Positions 49,855-59,845 are shown, counted from the stretch's first letter. The stretch is 64,000 bases of DNA from an uncultured bacterium (GCA_963777505.1 CAVZQN010000004.1:1120001-1184000); one strand, 5' to 3'. Notes: generated from the sequence alone by a model not told the origin. Made by a program: numbers and translations.

Positions 49855-49935
49855 TTTGTAACGCTGGCCTCTGGCCGGCTCCTAAAAATTTGAACCGCAA
49901 AGACGCAAGATCCGGCAAGATGGCGGCGTTACAAA
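49855..49935. repeat. GTA(G/A)-type REP-like inverted pair with a family B unit in its loop, between convergent genes
   Basis: tttgtaacgctggcctctggccgg ... aaccgcaaagacgcaag ... ccggcaagatggcggcgttacaaa. Confidence 0.7.
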
Positions 49936-49948
49936 TTCCAAACGCAAA

Positions 49949-52562
49949 TTATTTGGCGAGTTTTAGTGGTGAATCGGCTTCGAGTTGAATGTGTACGGGT
50001 TTAGCTTTCCAAATATCCTTTGCATATTCACCGATGGCGCGGTCACTTGAGAATTTTCCCGAGTTAGCAACGTTCAAAATGCTCTTGCGTGTCCATTCAT
50101 CGGTATTTAAGAATGCCTTTGAAACTTCCATCTGGCATTTTACATATGAATCGAAGTCAGCAAAGAGAAAGAAGTTATCTGTAGACATCAACGAATCAAT
50201 GATTTGTTTAAACAATTGTGGGTTCCATGGTGAAAAGAATCCGCTTGAGATCATGTCGATGACCTTCTTTAAATCCGCATTCCGTTCGTAATATTCACCC
50301 GGGTTATATCCGGTTTTCTTTAGACTCAACACTTCTTCGGCTTTCAATCCGAATATGAAGATGTTTTCATCACCAACTTCTTCTTTAATTTCAATGTTGG
50401 CTCCATCGAGTGTACCGATTGTCAGCGCGCCATTCAGGGCAAACTTCATATTTCCTGTGCCTGACGCTTCCATTCCAGCTGTAGAAATCTGCTCGGATAA
50501 ATCTCCAGCAGGCATAATTTTTTCAGCCATTGAAACACAATAGTTAGGCAAAAATACAACTTTCAAAAGATTGTTCAGTTCTGGATCTCGATTTATGACA
50601 TCCGCTACGGAGTTAATCAATTTAATGATGAGTTTCGCTATGAAATATCCGGGTGCCGCTTTGCCCGCGAAAATCACGGTACGAGGTACAAATGTTCCTT
50701 CCGGATTTGCTTTAATTTGATTGTAAAGATGGATGACATGCAGGCAATTCATCAATTGACGTTTATATTCGTGAATTCTTTTGACTTGAATATCAAACAT
50801 CGAATCCACATTCACTTTAATTCCGGTGAGGCTAGCTATATACGATGCCAATCTTTCTTTGTTATGCGCTTTGACGGTTTGCCATTCTTTTCGGAATTCA
50901 GAATCTTCGTTATACGATGCAAGTTTTTTTAGATCGTACAGATTTGTAACCCAGCTTTCACCAATACGGCTTGAAATCAAATCCGATAGTTTTTGATTGC
51001 AGAGACGAAGCCAGCGCCTTTGTGTAATTCCATTTGTCTTATTATTAAAACGCTCAGGATAAAGTTCGTTGAAATCCTTAAAGAGCTGACTCTTTAGCAA
51101 ACTTGTATGCAGTTCCGCAACGCCGTTCGTTGAATGACTTCCCACTACGGCCAAATAAGCCATTCTAACCATACGCTCCTGTCCTTCTTCAATTAAAGAC
51201 ATTCTGCGAAGGCGATCATTATCTCCAGGGAATTTCTGTGAAACAAGATTTAGAAAGCGCTGATTGATTTCATAAATAATTTGCATGTGACGCGGCAGAA
51301 CACTTTCCATCATCGATACTGGCCACTTCTCCAGCGCCTCAGGAAGGATCGTATGATTCGTATAACCAAATGTAGCTATAGTCAGCTTCCAGGCATCATC
51401 CCAGTGCATTCCATTCAAGTCGATGAAGATCCGCATTAATTCCGGAATTGCAATTGCTGGATGAGTATCATTGAGCTGGACGGCTACTTTTTCAGGAAAT
51501 TCTGAAAAATTTGAGTGCGTTTTACGATAACGCCTGATGACATCCTGCAGCGTTGCGGAAACAAAAAAGTATTCTTGCTTTAAGCGGAGTTCTTTGCCTT
51601 GAAGAACATTATCATTTGGATAAAGTACTTTTGATATTGTTTCTGTTTTTTGTTTGTCCTGGACAGCTTTAATGTAATCTCCATGATTGAAGTATTCGAA
51701 ATCAAATTCCCTTGTAGATTTTGCGGCCCACAAACGCAGATTATTTACTGTGTTGTTTGCGTATCCGGCAATAGGAATGTCGTAAGCCATAGCCATGACA
51801 TCCTGTGTGTCGCGTCCACTCTGCAACTTGTTTACCATCCGGAGTTGTTGATTGAATGACGTGCCCATAAAATTGGACCGAATATAAATATTCAGGTCTT
51901 TCTATTTCCCAAACATTTCCATATCTGAGCCAGTTGTCTGGAGTTTCGACTTGATAGCCATCACGTATGTGCTGATAAAAAATTCCATATTCGTAACGGA
52001 TCCCATAACCGTATCCTGGCAGCTGCAATGTGGCCATTGAATCCAGATAACATGCGGCCAATCTACCGAGACCTCCATTGCCAAGACCGGCATCCCATTC
52101 GATTTCCTGTAATTGGTCGAGATCGTATCCGAGTTCGCGTAATTCTTTTTCAGCTTGTTCATAAAGATGAAGGTTGATCAGATTATTTCCAAGCTGACGC
52201 CCCATCAAAAATTCCATCGAAAGATAGTAGACACGTTTTGCATCCACTTCGTAATAGGTTTGTTGAGTTCGGATCCAACGTTTAACAAGCTGATCTTTCG
52301 CGGAAAGAGAAAGACTTTTAAAGAGATCGAGATTTGTTGCAGAATATTGATCTTTTGCCATAGTGTAGAGCAAATGCTTTTTGAATGATTCCTGAATCGG
52401 CTTAATAGATGATTGGTTGATCCGCCGGGTTACAGCGGAAGGTTTATTCTTTTTTTGTACTTCACTGGTCTTAACAGCACTAGTTTTGGTTCTAGATGTT
52501 TTCTTTACCAGCCCCTTTCCGGATTTTACAGCCGTAGCGCGCTTCTCTTTTTTGGCTGGCAT
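49949..52562 (-). CDS. glgP: Glycogen/starch phosphorylase (+1 frameshift at ~51812)
   Basis: [13 protein letters not shown] in ORF 52562; [23 protein letters not shown] (PLP Lys) in ORF 51868; one extra base at the W-T/D-T-Q junction. Confidence 0.95.
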
Positions 52563-53657
52563 TTAGTCCCCAAAGGAGATTCCAAGAGAGCGAGCGGTCA
52601 TTATACTATCGCAATCCAATGGAACGCATTTCAATTTGGAGATGGCTTCATCAATAGGGATGGTTTTAATTCCTGGTGGATCGAGTACGACCATTACATT
52701 AATATTGCCTTCCAGAATGCAACGGATTGCGGCAGCGCCAAAACGTAAACCCAGTAGGCGGTCAAAAGTTGTTGGTCCACCTCCGCGTTGGAGATGACCC
52801 AGTACAATCGAGCGTGTTTCTTTGTCTATGTGTTTGGGAATCTCTTTCGCGACATATTCTGCAATTCCACCTAGCAAAACGTCGCGTCCTGCTTCCTTGG
52901 GGGATTTGGTTTTCATTTCGCCGCCAGCAGGGCAGGCCCCTTCCGCGCACACTACAATAGAAAAATGACGGCCAGCGCGTTCTCTCTCCATAATTTTTTC
53001 GCAGATTTTTTCGATCTTAAATGGAATCTCAGGAATCAGGATCACATCTGCAGAACCTGATATTCCAGCATTTAATGCGATCCATCCCGCGTAACGGCCC
53101 ATCACTTCAACAACCATCACCCGTTCATGAGATTCAGCAGTTGAATGGAGTTTGTCGATTGCATCTGTTGCAGTGGATACCGCCGTATCAAATCCAAATG
53201 TGATGATTGTTCCGGGGAGATCATTATCAATGGTTTTAGGAACGCCTACGATGGGGATTCCTTTGTCCATAAATTTTTTTGCTATACGCATCGATCCATC
53301 GCCGCCGATGCAAATCAAAACGTCGAGCTTCAAACGGTGAAAATTTTCAACGACACGATCGGAAATATCAATGATTTCAATGCCCCCTTCTTTTTGTACG
53401 GGGAACTCAAAAGGATTACCTTTGTTTGCCGTGCCAAGGATCGTGCCTCCGAGATGTGTAATTCCACGAACACTATCCCGGGTTAATGGAATGACAGTGC
53501 CTTCCACAAGACTGCGGAAACCATGCGATATTCCATAAACCTCCCACCCCGCGTTAATTGCGGCAAGAGTTGTCGCGCGGATTACTGCATTGAGTCCGGG
53601 CGCATCACCGCCTCCGGTATTAATCGCAATTTTCTTTACTTTGCTTGGATCAAACAT
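52563..53657 (-). CDS. pfkA: 6-phosphofructokinase, probably ATP-dependent (GGDG with PKTIDND)
   Basis: TGGGDAPGLN, GGDGS, PKTIDND, EVMGR, LGHLQRGG. Confidence 0.93.
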   Translation of the reverse strand: MFDPSKVKKIAINTGGGDAPGLNAVIRATTLAAINAGWEVYGISHGFRSLVEGTVIPLTRDSVRGITHLGGTILGTANKGNPFEFPVQKEGGIEIIDISDRVVENFHRLKLDVLICIGGDGSMRIAKKFMDKGIPIVGVPKTIDNDLPGTIITFGFDTAVSTATDAIDKLHSTAESHERVMVVEVMGRYAGWIALNAGISGSADVILIPEIPFKIEKICEKIMERERAGRHFSIVVCAEGACPAGGEMKTKSPKEAGRDVLLGGIAEYVAKEIPKHIDKETRSIVLGHLQRGGGPTTFDRLLGLRFGAAAIRCILEGNINVMVVLDPPGIKTIPIDEAISKLKCVPLDCDSIMTARSLGISFGD

Positions 53658-53674
53658 TGGTGGGTTTGATTATA

Positions 53675-53693
53675 CTCTGCGCCTTTGCGGTTA
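53675..53693. repeat. Short dispersed repeat, family B
   Basis: ctctgcgcctttgcggtta. Confidence 0.6.
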
Positions 53694-53697
53694 AAAA

Positions 53698-53997
53698 CTA
53701 CCCACAACAAGGACAAAGGCTTCGAAGTGTATTGAAAGAATAAATTCCTGTTTCGTGATGGTCGGAAAAAGCAAAGTGAAGTGCATAGTTTCCAACGATG
53801 CTAACTTTTGATGCCACAAGATCAGAAGGAATCGATTCTGGATCGAGGGTGCGAACACCTGTCCATTCATTGCGGCATCCTGCGCAAGGGCAATTCTGTC
53901 GTAAATAACGGAATGTGTAATTGCTAATATGCCCGTCTTTCCATGTAATTTGGAATTGATCATTGCCGATCTTTTTCAATTGCGACGGTTCGTTCAT
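53698..53997 (-). CDS. DUF971 (GBBH-like N-terminal) protein
   Basis: WKDGH, LRQNCPCAGC, VGNYAL..FSDHHETGIY. Confidence 0.9.
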   Translation of the reverse strand: MNEPSQLKKIGNDQFQITWKDGHISNYTFRYLRQNCPCAGCRNEWTGVRTLDPESIPSDLVASKVSIVGNYALHFAFSDHHETGIYSFNTLRSLCPCCG

Positions 53998-54001
53998 CTA
54001 T

Positions 54002-54018
54002 ACCGCTAAGACGCAGAG
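54002..54018. repeat. Short dispersed repeat, family B (reverse orientation)
   Basis: accgctaagacgcagag. Confidence 0.55.
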
Positions 54019-54019
54019 T

Positions 54020-55123
54020 TTATTCTTCGATAATTTCAAGAGGGGTGTTGTTGTAGTTGGCGATGCTGACCTGAGCTGCGAGTTTCTTGGTGATAGACTC
54101 AAATATTTTTGAAGTATTTGATTCAGGATCAGAGAGCACAAGAGGCTGTCCTATATCAGCATGTTCACGAAGTTTCCTATCCAGCGGAAGTTCACCAAGA
54201 AATGGAATATTCAGTTTTACAGCCGCTTCAGCAACCATTCCATGACCGAAAATGTAGTCCTGTTTCCCGCAATGTGGACACGTATAGAAACTCATATTCT
54301 CAATAATTCCAAGGATTGGAACTTTTGTCTCAACAAACATCCGGTAGGTTTTCATTGAGATTGTTAGACCAACATCCTGTGGAGTTGAAACAAGAACAGC
54401 ACCTGTAACTGATACTGATTGAACAAGCGTCAAATGAACATCACCCGTTCCTGGAGGCAAATCTACAAACAGGTAATCGAGTTCACCCCAATCCACTCCA
54501 AGTAAAGTCTGTTGGAGAGCTTTATGCGCCATTGGGCCGCGCCAAATCAGGGGTTTGTCACCAGGCGCCATCAGCCCCATAGACATGAATTTCATTCCAT
54601 GAGCCGGGACAGGCATCAGCAAATTTCCGCTCGCTTCAATGGAGCTACCGCTTTTGCCTAGCATGATCGGGACTGTAGGGCCATAAATATCCGCATCAAG
54701 AAGACCAACAGATGCGCCCATTTTTGCCATCGATGCGGCTAGGTTCACACTAACGGTAGACTTTCCGACTCCACCTTTACCGCTGCAGATCGCGATAATA
54801 TTTTTTACACCGGCAATCGCATTTGCATTTAATTTTGGCTGAGGCTTCACTTCAGCCTGCATATTCACATTCACATTCCTGACTCCCGCAAGGGATCCAA
54901 CAAAATTGATGGCATCATCCCTCATTTGATCCTTCGCAGGGCAAGCGGGCGTAGTCAGAACAAAGTCAAAACTGACATCTCCACCCTGAATTGAAATATT
55001 TTTGATAAAGCCGAGTGTTACGACATCTCTGCCCAGATCAGGGTCCTTTATTTTCCTGAGTTCTTTTAAGACATCAGCTTCAGTAATCGTAGAGATGTCC
55101 TCTTTCTTTGTAAATAATCCCAT
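54020..55123 (-). CDS. mrp: Mrp/ApbC/NBP35 Fe-S cluster carrier ATPase with an N-terminal DUF59 domain
   Basis: DPDL..LTTPACP, SGKGGVGKST, DADIYGP, WRGPM, DLPPGTGD, CPHC. Confidence 0.95.
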   Translation of the reverse strand: MGLFTKKEDISTITEADVLKELRKIKDPDLGRDVVTLGFIKNISIQGGDVSFDFVLTTPACPAKDQMRDDAINFVGSLAGVRNVNVNMQAEVKPQPKLNANAIAGVKNIIAICSGKGGVGKSTVSVNLAASMAKMGASVGLLDADIYGPTVPIMLGKSGSSIEASGNLLMPVPAHGMKFMSMGLMAPGDKPLIWRGPMAHKALQQTLLGVDWGELDYLFVDLPPGTGDVHLTLVQSVSVTGAVLVSTPQDVGLTISMKTYRMFVETKVPILGIIENMSFYTCPHCGKQDYIFGHGMVAEAAVKLNIPFLGELPLDRKLREHADIGQPLVLSDPESNTSKIFESITKKLAAQVSIANYNNTPLEIIEE

Positions 55124-55150
55124 AGCTTTAATTATAAGGTGTTGAACATG

Positions 55151-55660
55151 TTATTTGCGATGCCGGATCTTGTTTAGAATGAATGTCGCAAAATACTCAC
55201 CATATTTTTTTTGCAATTCTTTACGTTTCCAATCCCTTCCTGAGATAGTTTTGCGGCAATTTGGCTTATTGCAGCCACATGTCATCGTAAAATCATCGTC
55301 GTCGATCATTGCATAATCCAGCGTTAATTCTTCACCTGGTTTAATGTCATGCATTGCAACGTATGTGATTTGACCTTTCACGCCTACATTTGGCCCGCAT
55401 GAATGATTGATAAACATCATTACTGTGTCGTGTTCCTCTTTTGTGAGTGGAGCAAGAAAAAAGTCATCATCAATTTGAATGTATGAATCCCCAACAATTT
55501 TTCGTTTCTTCTTAAGTTGATCACGCGAAAGGATATGACCGCCTTTGATTGCAACAATTTCATTTTTTCGGATCGGTTTGGCTGCAAAAAGCCCGCGGCC
55601 GTGAATTCCGCTTTTTTTCCCCTTACGTGCTTTGGGATTGATATAACTTGAAACATTCAT
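55151..55660 (-). CDS. SET-domain protein (putative lysine methyltransferase) with post-SET cysteines
   Basis: SGIHGRGLFA, FINHSCGPN, GEELTLDY, CGCNKPNCR. Confidence 0.92.
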   Translation of the reverse strand: MNVSSYINPKARKGKKSGIHGRGLFAAKPIRKNEIVAIKGGHILSRDQLKKKRKIVGDSYIQIDDDFFLAPLTKEEHDTVMMFINHSCGPNVGVKGQITYVAMHDIKPGEELTLDYAMIDDDDFTMTCGCNKPNCRKTISGRDWKRKELQKKYGEYFATFILNKIRHRK

Positions 55661-55667
55661 GCGCGCG

Positions 55668-55707
55668 CAATCTTATCATATCCCGCATTCCGAACATCGC
55701 GCATCGC
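55668..55707. repeat. Heptamer tandem array
   Basis: catatcc cgcattc cgaacat cgcgcat cgc, resembling the right arm of 1765-1847. Confidence 0.55.
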
Positions 55708-58046
55708 TATCGAACATCAATTAAGCCGAAACGCCCGGTAGCATCTTTTACTTCGAATGCAACAGTTCCATCGGGGTTTGTACCAGCCCCTTTGTTCAAG
55801 GTGAATAATTCCACACCGTCTATTGAGAACATAAAGGTTGTTCCGTCAAAATGCACATTCACTTTGTACGTAGTGTTTGGAAGGATAGTCCTCTTGACAT
55901 TCTTTTTTGCAACAATCGCGCGATCTGAGCGTTGTTTTAATACCCACCTGTCGCTTTCTTCCTTCATGAGGATTTCAACCCTAGTATTTTTATCGACGTA
56001 CCAGCCGTATACCAAAATTTTATTTCGAAGACCGCCACTGGTTTGTACATCCACTTCAATCGTACAAGTACTGCAGCCTGTAAAAACAGGAGTTGCAATC
56101 GCTGTTGCTTTTTTATTTGTAGTGACTTGCAAAAAGCCGTTTTGTTCAAGCCACGAGCCTTTTGGATAAGTCCAATTACTTGCAAGCACGCCATCTTCAA
56201 AATCGTCGCATAGCAAACAACTGCCAGGCTGTGAATCGATTGGCAATTCTATAGACGTCTCGTGTATGAGTCCGCTGCTATCCGTTACGGTTAACGTAAT
56301 GTGATAGGAATGTGTACCTGTGCCGTAATCTTCCGCAACAAAGGAACCACCTGAGCCTGTTTGTTCAAGAAAGGTATGAAAATGAGTGTTGTGGTGTAGC
56401 AGGACAGTCCATTTAAGTGCACTCGGTGGCAATGCGCCGTCATCCGGATCTGTGCCTGAACCTGAGAAATTAATAACGTCACCTGGATCAACATGTGTCC
56501 CATCCAACGGTGTATTAATTGTGGCAGTCGGAGGGAGACTCCCGATTGTAATGGAAACAAAATCTTGAGAAAAATCTCCATCTTCATTTGTAACAGTTAA
56601 TGATGCGTTGAAAGTTTGGACGGAACCAGAAGTATATGTGTGCATTGGATTCGGTTGAGTAGAAGTATTACCATCATCAAAATCCCAGAAGTAGGTAAGG
56701 TCTTGTCCATTTGGATCAAATGAGCCGGCGCTGGAAAAAGAAACTTCAAGTGGAGAGTAACCGGATGTAGGATCTGCTGCAGCGGTTGCATGAGGTCCGT
56801 TAAACCGGATGCGCCGCAATTCACCATCGTTTAATGCGACATAATAAAGCAATCCATTAGGTCCTTGAGTAAAGTGGACAGGTCCTTCCGCATCGGTCGC
56901 AAAATCTCGCACCTCAATCAGATTATGATCCTCATCAAAAATGGCTCTACGGATCCAGGAATTCACATAGTCCGCAAAAAAATAATTTTCTTGATATTGA
57001 GAGGGATATTCGTCGTCTGTATAAAAAACTCCACCGGTTATTGAAAAACCGTCTCCGCTTGGATGACTGTAAAGATAAATCGGAAATGTGACGTCGTTAG
57101 GATCCATCTGCTGGCATTGAACGAAATCTTCCTGGTAGAACTCTTGTGGATCATTACCTTCGAAACAAGGCCACCCAAAATTTACGCCACGGCCAAGGTT
57201 CAATTCTTCCCAGGTATCCCAACCAACATCTCCAATCACCGGTTCACCTAAATGCGGATCCAATCCAAAGCGGAATGGATTTCTCAACCCGTATGACCAG
57301 ACTTTTGACTGAATCGAATTGGTACCATCATAAAATGGGTTATCAATCGGAGCCGTTCCATCAGGATTAATCCGCAATATCTTTCCCGAGTAGCTGTTTA
57401 AATCCTGGCTCCGCAATGCAAGGGGATCTGCAATAGAGAAGGAAGCCCCATCACCATTTCCTACGAAAAGTCTTCCATCCGGCGCAAAAAGAAGCGTACC
57501 AATTGAATGAGAAGTACCGTCGGCTGGAATGCAATCCGATCCGGCCGGATGACTATTACATGGAGGTGTTCCAATACTTCCCAGAATGACAACTTCACTT
57601 CCTGGCAACATTTCATCCGGATTATTGGGATCTGCCGTTACCCGGGTCAGCCTGGAGGTGCGAGGAGCAACACTGTTGTTGTTTCCAGCATTTTCGTAAG
57701 TGTAAAGGAGGTAAACAAAACCATTTGTTTCGTGGTTTGGATCCAAAGCAAGACCTAACATGCCCCGATCACCCGCGATATTTACCTGAGAAGAAATATT
57801 GAGAAAAGGAGTCGGCTTTAGATTGCCATTCTTATAAATTCGAACGATTCCTGTGCGCTGCCACGCAAAAATACGCCCATCGGAAGCGAAAACAGCTCCC
57901 ACCATAGTAAATGGCGGAAGCGAAAAAACGGTCTCAGATGTGAATCCAGGATCGTCAAAGGTTATAGCTTCCAATAACGGGGTCGTTATTAGACAGAATA
58001 AAAGACAAATCACCAAAAGGAGAGTACTTTTCATTCGTAAAAACAT
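55707..58046 (-). CDS. Exported PQQ-dependent sugar dehydrogenase (GSDH) family protein with PKD/Ig domains and a C-terminal beta domain
   Basis: Signal peptide; GMLGLALDP, GKILRI, YGLRNPFR, NFGWP; PKD WDFDDG; C-terminal CLLCDDFEDG domain. Confidence 0.88.
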   Translation of the reverse strand: MFLRMKSTLLLVICLLFCLITTPLLEAITFDDPGFTSETVFSLPPFTMVGAVFASDGRIFAWQRTGIVRIYKNGNLKPTPFLNISSQVNIAGDRGMLGLALDPNHETNGFVYLLYTYENAGNNNSVAPRTSRLTRVTADPNNPDEMLPGSEVVILGSIGTPPCNSHPAGSDCIPADGTSHSIGTLLFAPDGRLFVGNGDGASFSIADPLALRSQDLNSYSGKILRINPDGTAPIDNPFYDGTNSIQSKVWSYGLRNPFRFGLDPHLGEPVIGDVGWDTWEELNLGRGVNFGWPCFEGNDPQEFYQEDFVQCQQMDPNDVTFPIYLYSHPSGDGFSITGGVFYTDDEYPSQYQENYFFADYVNSWIRRAIFDEDHNLIEVRDFATDAEGPVHFTQGPNGLLYYVALNDGELRRIRFNGPHATAAADPTSGYSPLEVSFSSAGSFDPNGQDLTYFWDFDDGNTSTQPNPMHTYTSGSVQTFNASLTVTNEDGDFSQDFVSITIGSLPPTATINTPLDGTHVDPGDVINFSGSGTDPDDGALPPSALKWTVLLHHNTHFHTFLEQTGSGGSFVAEDYGTGTHSYHITLTVTDSSGLIHETSIELPIDSQPGSCLLCDDFEDGVLASNWTYPKGSWLEQNGFLQVTTNKKATAIATPVFTGCSTCTIEVDVQTSGGLRNKILVYGWYVDKNTRVEILMKEESDRWVLKQRSDRAIVAKKNVKRTILPNTTYKVNVHFDGTTFMFSIDGVELFTLNKGAGTNPDGTVAFEVKDATGRFGLIDVR

Positions 58047-58213
58047 CCTCGAAAGATATATACTAGCTATATCAGATTCAATTACTCCGCTATTATAATA
58101 GTCTCAATGGACGAAGACACTACGAGGGGCACTACATTCAGATAGGGTTTTTGATTCGGGTATGATAGGCCCGCTCTGAAATCCTTCGATCGATGCATGG
58201 GATACGTCTCACT

Positions 58214-58381
58214 ATGTCAAGTGAAGAACAACAAGAGAATGTCACCATAGATCGTAATTCGGAACCTTCACCTGATACTGTAAATAAAGTTGAAAGATCG
58301 GATTGGGAAAAAATCGATCTTGATGATGATGAGGATGAAGAGAATAACAAAAGATCCAAGAAGACACCTTTCTTCTATTAG
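58214..58381 (+). CDS. Small acidic hypothetical protein
   Basis: 55-codon Asp/Glu-rich ORF in an intergenic gap, ending KKTPFFY; no recognisable family. Confidence 0.4.
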   Translation: MSSEEQQENVTIDRNSEPSPDTVNKVERSDWEKIDLDDDEDEENNKRSKKTPFFY

Positions 58382-58503
58382 ATCACGCCGATAATACCTA
58401 CCTTTTTTCATTATAACTGCCTACAATTTATTGACCGCATTCATGATGAGCGAACGCGGACGTAAATTAATATTTTTTTAAATCGTCGTAGGAGGTTTTT
58501 CGA

Positions 58504-59826
58504 ATGGCAGATGCCAAGCAGGAAGTTACAGATGTGGTCGTAATTGGTGGCGGTCCGGCCGGCTCGACAGTATCGACGCTGTTAGCTCAACAAGGATATC
58601 GTGTCGAACTCTTCGAACGTGAAAAATTTCCACGTTTCCACATTGGAGAATCACTGATTCCTGAAACATATTGGGTGCTTAAACGTTTGAACATGCTGCA
58701 GAAAATGCAGGAAAGTCATTTTGTAAAAAAATATAGTGTTCAATTTGTCAATGCTAGCGGTAAGCTCTCCGCGCCATTTTATTTCTGGGACAACAAACCG
58801 CATGAATGTTCTCAAACCTGGCAGGTTGTTCGCAGTGAATTCGATCAAATGATGTTGAACCATGCCAAAGAAAATGGTGTCAATGTTCATGAGGGCGTTC
58901 GCGTAATGGAAGTTTTATTTGATAATGATCGCGCTGTAGGAGTAACGATCAAAAATGAAGATGGATCCTTGCAGGATGTAAAAGCCAGAGTTGTTGTTGA
59001 TGCAAGTGGTCAAAATGGACTCTTAATGAACAGGCTTAATCTTCGTGTTTGGGATCCTATTCTCAATAAAGGTGCGATATGGACTTATTGGGAAGGAGCG
59101 TATCGTGACACTGGCCGGGATGAAGGGGCGACAATGGTGTTGCAAACGACCTCAAAAAAGGGATGGTTCTGGTATATTCCTCAACACGATAATATTGTCA
59201 GCGTCGGTGTTGTTGCGCCATTTGATTACTTGTTTAAAGGCCGCACGAATTATGCTCAAACCTACGAAGAAGAAGTCGAGCGTTGTCCGGCTGTGAAGCA
59301 GCGTATATCCAGCGGGAAGCGCGTTGCAGGTTATTTTGCGACAAAAGATTATTCCTATCGATCGAAACAAGTTGCAGGGAATGGTTGGGTGTTGATCGGA
59401 GACGCGGTTGGATTCTTAGATCCATTGTATTCATCCGGCGTTCTGTTGGCCTTGAAGTCGGGTGAACTTGCGGCGGATGCAATTGTAGAAGGATTTACAA
59501 AGGAAGATACGTCTGGGGCTCAGCTTGGCAAATGGGGCCCCATGTTTATGGAAGGTGTGAATCGAATGCGCCGGCTCGTTTGTGAATACTATGACGGTTT
59601 TAGCTTTGGTGCTTTTGTTCGGAAATTCCCGCATTTGCAAGGAACAATCACTGACCTATTGATCGGGGATCTGTTCAATGACCGCGTCGATAAAGTATGG
59701 GAGCCGATGGAATCACTTTATCCGCAGAATAAAACCCCAATTCCATCGTGGAACGCTGGCAAAGATGCTGATAAAAGTCCCGAAAAAGGGAATGAGCTGA
59801 TTCTTCCAGAGGGCCGACGACCTTAA
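58504..59826 (+). CDS. FAD-dependent halogenase-like oxidoreductase
   Basis: GGGPAG, FPRFHIGES, FVKKY, WFWYIP (WxWxIP), GDAVGFLDPLYSSG; strong AGGAGG RBS. Confidence 0.88.
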   Translation: MADAKQEVTDVVVIGGGPAGSTVSTLLAQQGYRVELFEREKFPRFHIGESLIPETYWVLKRLNMLQKMQESHFVKKYSVQFVNASGKLSAPFYFWDNKPHECSQTWQVVRSEFDQMMLNHAKENGVNVHEGVRVMEVLFDNDRAVGVTIKNEDGSLQDVKARVVVDASGQNGLLMNRLNLRVWDPILNKGAIWTYWEGAYRDTGRDEGATMVLQTTSKKGWFWYIPQHDNIVSVGVVAPFDYLFKGRTNYAQTYEEEVERCPAVKQRISSGKRVAGYFATKDYSYRSKQVAGNGWVLIGDAVGFLDPLYSSGVLLALKSGELAADAIVEGFTKEDTSGAQLGKWGPMFMEGVNRMRRLVCEYYDGFSFGAFVRKFPHLQGTITDLLIGDLFNDRVDKVWEPMESLYPQNKTPIPSWNAGKDADKSPEKGNELILPEGRRP

Positions 59827-59845
59827 CAGCCGTGCAATCCGTTAT

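Noticed and set aside
52563-53657. PPi-dependent phosphofructokinase
   Set aside because: It has GGDG rather than GGDD at the specificity position; Gly there with Lys in PKTIDND matches ATP-using group III enzymes
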